This document shows, in pieces, positions 61,059 to 64,000 of a DNA stretch of 64,000 nt. The notes beneath the pieces were generated by a model. The model was not told the DNA's origin and did no database searches. It was given only the letters and a program-made list of their open reading frames with translations. The stretch covers positions 1 through 64,000 of the forward strand of contig CDMY01000286.1 in the NCBI GenBank assembly GCA_001179505.1, read 5' to 3'. This stretch comes from Vitrella brassicaformis CCMP3155 (Eukaryota > Protista > Chromerida). How positions within the stretch are numbered: position 1 is the first letter of the stretch; each line of letters opens with the position of its first letter. The translations under genes were made by a program, and so were the position numbers.

Positions 61059-63839
61059 CTACTTGTCGAGCCTCTGTCCAGCGAAGCGCTTGCTGCACAC
61101 AGACAGACAGCCATCAACCAGCACACCCAACATCCATCCACCGATCGAAGCTTGTGTTGTCTGTTGAGAGTGAGTGTGACCTGTTGTGTGGCTGGGAAAT
61201 GTCTTGGGGTGTTGCCGCCTCATCAAACGGCCCCCTCTTGCGCCCTCGACCGCCGCCCACCGCACCGCCAGCCACCGAATCTGACACACAACACACACTC
61301 ATCCTGTGCACGCCACCCAGTGTGTAATGATTGATTGCCCCACACACACTCACCGAGTTCCCCATCGGCCATCTGCACGTCGTCCTGGTCGGACCCGCCA
61401 CTGACACCATCACCACCACCAACACCAGCAGCGGTGGCAGCACCAGCAGCACCAGCAGCAGCAGCAGCGGTGGTCCCCTGGCACACACAGGGACACACAA
61501 AAGAGCATATAGGGACACCAATGCAGTGAGGACGTTCAGTCTGCTTACCATGTCTGGTGAGGGCTGGGTGGGTGGGTGTTGTTCGTCTGCAGACCGGCCG
61601 CCATCCTCACCACCACCACCGCCACCACCTGAGCGCAAACACAACCAAAAAATTCGCTTGGTCCCCGCCCGTCTCCTTTCCTCCCATGCTGGTACGAACC
61701 AGTAGCTATCGCCTCGTTGAGCTGCGGGATCAGCCATGCATCGCCGCCCATCAGCGTCCGAGCCAGCAGCGCCGCCTGGGGTCTGCCCGCAACACCTCTG
61801 CCGCCGCCCTGGGGCTCCTCGTTGCTGAAGAGCTCGATGTATGTCTTTCCTCCACCCTCATTCTGGTGCATCCAGATGTATGCCGCAAATGCATCGTCAG
61901 GTTTGTCGCCGCACACGACGACCCGTCGGCGTGTGAAGCGCCGAAGGTCGGTGCAGTCTAGGGTGCGGCCGCTCCACACTGGCGTCGGCTGGCCGATGAG
62001 CACATCGATGCGAAGTGAGGCAGCAGAGGAGGGATAATGTTCGGCACCTGCCACACAACGGAGCCCTTGTAGCCGAACGAGAAAGCTGCAAGGGTAAGGG
62101 AGAGAGGCCATGCAGGGAAGGCGACACGTTGCCGTTTTGTGTTTGTACGTATGTGTTGGTTGAAGACGTACCACTTCGCCACCAATTCGCGGAAGCTGCG
62201 GTGCGCAAGACCTAAGACTACACAGAGGATGACCGACAGAGGTGCAAAAGGAAACGTCAAGCAGATGAATGTGCAAGTCTTTTGACAACTTCATCCATCT
62301 CACAGTCGCAGGCAGGGTCGTTGGGATCGAAGGTATCTCTGTAGTCTTCCGGCACACTCCAGAAGGTATTTCTGTGGTCGGCCGGCTCCTGAGTATACAC
62401 CCTCACCCTTGTCCCACCCAGCCACTCCACCCCTTCCACCCGTCTCAGCCCCCATCCCAGGAGATGGCCAAACAGGCCATACTGCCGCATACTCGCCGCC
62501 CGGCTGTCGATGTCTGCCTGGCTGCCCGCACACCCCACGTCGCCCTCGTCCAGCTGCAGGGGCAGCTGCTGGATGCGCCGACAGTTCTTGGCCAGGCGGA
62601 GCAGCGGCACACTACCCGCCCAGTCGCCCCCCAGCTCCAGCACGTGCCGCAGGCGGATCAACCGAAACACGCGACGGCGGCTGGTGGACTGACGGAGTGG
62701 CTGGTAGTCGATGACGCCCGTCAGTCCCTTGCGCTCGATGAGGTCGTCGATGACGGACGTCACGGCGGTCTCGATAGCGCTGCTGTCTGCGTGTGATGTG
62801 CGGATCAATGTGTTGCTAGTCTGGGCGAAGGTGGCGGCCTCCTTGCCCTCCGCCCCCATCCATCCGGCGAGTGTGTGGTGGAGCTCGGGCGGCAGGCCGC
62901 ACAGCCGTTGCACGAACAAGTGTGGGTCGGGGTTGACGGCACCACCACCACCACCAGCAGCAGCAGACGACGATGGCGATGTAGTATCGGAGCTCTCGGC
63001 GCCGACCTGAGCCTGCAGACACCAACACCACCAACACAGCAACACAGCAACACACGCACACACACACACACACACACAGAGCCGCATAGTGACGGCGAAG
63101 GCCGAACAAGGCCACGTATAGTGTGTACCTTTTTCTCATGTGACTTGGTGTTGTTGTTGGCTGGAGGACGAAGCGCAAATAACTTCAAGTTGCCCTCCAG
63201 CTGCCACACACAGACTCGCGGAGGGAGAGATTGGTTGACAGTGTGCATACAGCATCCATCCATCGTTGCGTACCAGTGCCAGGCCCTTCACACGCGACAC
63301 AGCCGACTTGTAGGCCTCTATCGATGTGGAGAGGTCCGACAGCGCCCCTTTGGCAATCTCCACTCGAGACGCACTCATGGGCGACTCCTGCACACACATA
63401 TACGAGCGTCAGACAACGCACACACGCACTTCTCGACACGCCCCTCCCCATCTCACCTTGGTCTTCCTCAACAGGAACTCGAGTGCCTCATGCGGCCTCT
63501 GCATACACACACAAAGGGCGAGAGATAGGCGACTGCTGAATTGTTTGTGCCGCACGAGACCTACCTTGCAGAGCTGTCCTTGTAGGCTGGTGAATTGGTC
63601 GCAGATGTTACGCAGCAAACTCTGCACACACAAGAGGCGGCGCCATCATTCGGTGATGAGTGTGTGGTTGGAAGCCTTGTTTGCGAGTGACTGACCGACT
63701 GATCTGTCTGGGCGTCGCTGCCATGCAAAACGCCACCCCCAGCGGCTGACACACACATCGCATGAGCTGTCATATATGTGAGTCGTGCTGCACTGCCCGC
63801 ATCCGCCTCACCTGCAGCCGGCGGCTGTTCGTTCATCAT
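61059..63839 (-). CDS. Lineage-specific multi-exon F-box-like family protein; possible frameshift at about 62000-62070
   Basis: HLFVQRLCGLPPELHHTLAGWM, VIDDLIERKGLTGVIDY, RLRHVLELGGDWAG..PLLRLAK, FDPNDP, RRVVVCGD.PDD.FAAY and IELFSNE; Gly/Ala-rich terminal exons end SKRFAGQRLDK* at 61059. Confidence 0.6.
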
Positions 63840-64000
63840 GATGCCGTCACTAACACACAACCGCAACACACACCTGCACAGATCAAACACACAGATGAGA
63901 TATGGTCGATGGATGGGCCGGCCGTCATCTCATTTGCTCACCAGCCAGTCAGTCGTCCAGTCAGTGGTTCTCCAAGCTACCTACCAAGTCAACAATCGCC

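Noticed and set aside
1-64000. CRISPR arrays, rRNA or tRNA genes
   Set aside because: None recognised; the periodic sequences are intronic and intergenic microsatellites.

Overview
Intron-rich, GC-rich eukaryotic genomic DNA with short GT-AG/GC-AG introns full of (TG)n, (TCTG)n and (TGGA)n microsatellites, and five 300-N gaps. The intron style and gene families suggest a chromerid alveolate such as Vitrella; this is an inference. About 18 spliced genes are recognisable. Conserved eukaryotic genes: TAM41, a Dispatched-like RND protein, a BK/Slo-type K+ channel, MARCH6/Doa10, an organellar ribosome recycling factor, a 2OG-Fe(II) dioxygenase and a monoglyceride lipase-like hydrolase. Bacterial-type enzymes that have acquired introns: a SagB-type nitroreductase, a RimK-like ATP-grasp ligase and a vanadium haloperoxidase-like protein. 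Apparent lineage-expanded families: F-box-like, BTB-TLDc, triple TLDc and a Crinkler-type NTPase-REase, several of them frameshifted. Two Helitron-like 3' ends are also present. The strongest candidate novelty is at 45550-49747, where a bacterial-type ATP-grasp ligase runs in frame, within one exon, through a ~250-aa linker into a complete dicarboxylate-type mitochondrial carrier. That gene sits in a run of tailoring-type enzymes (dioxygenase, hydrolase, haloperoxidase-like). All family assignments come from motif recognition by eye; no database searches were run.
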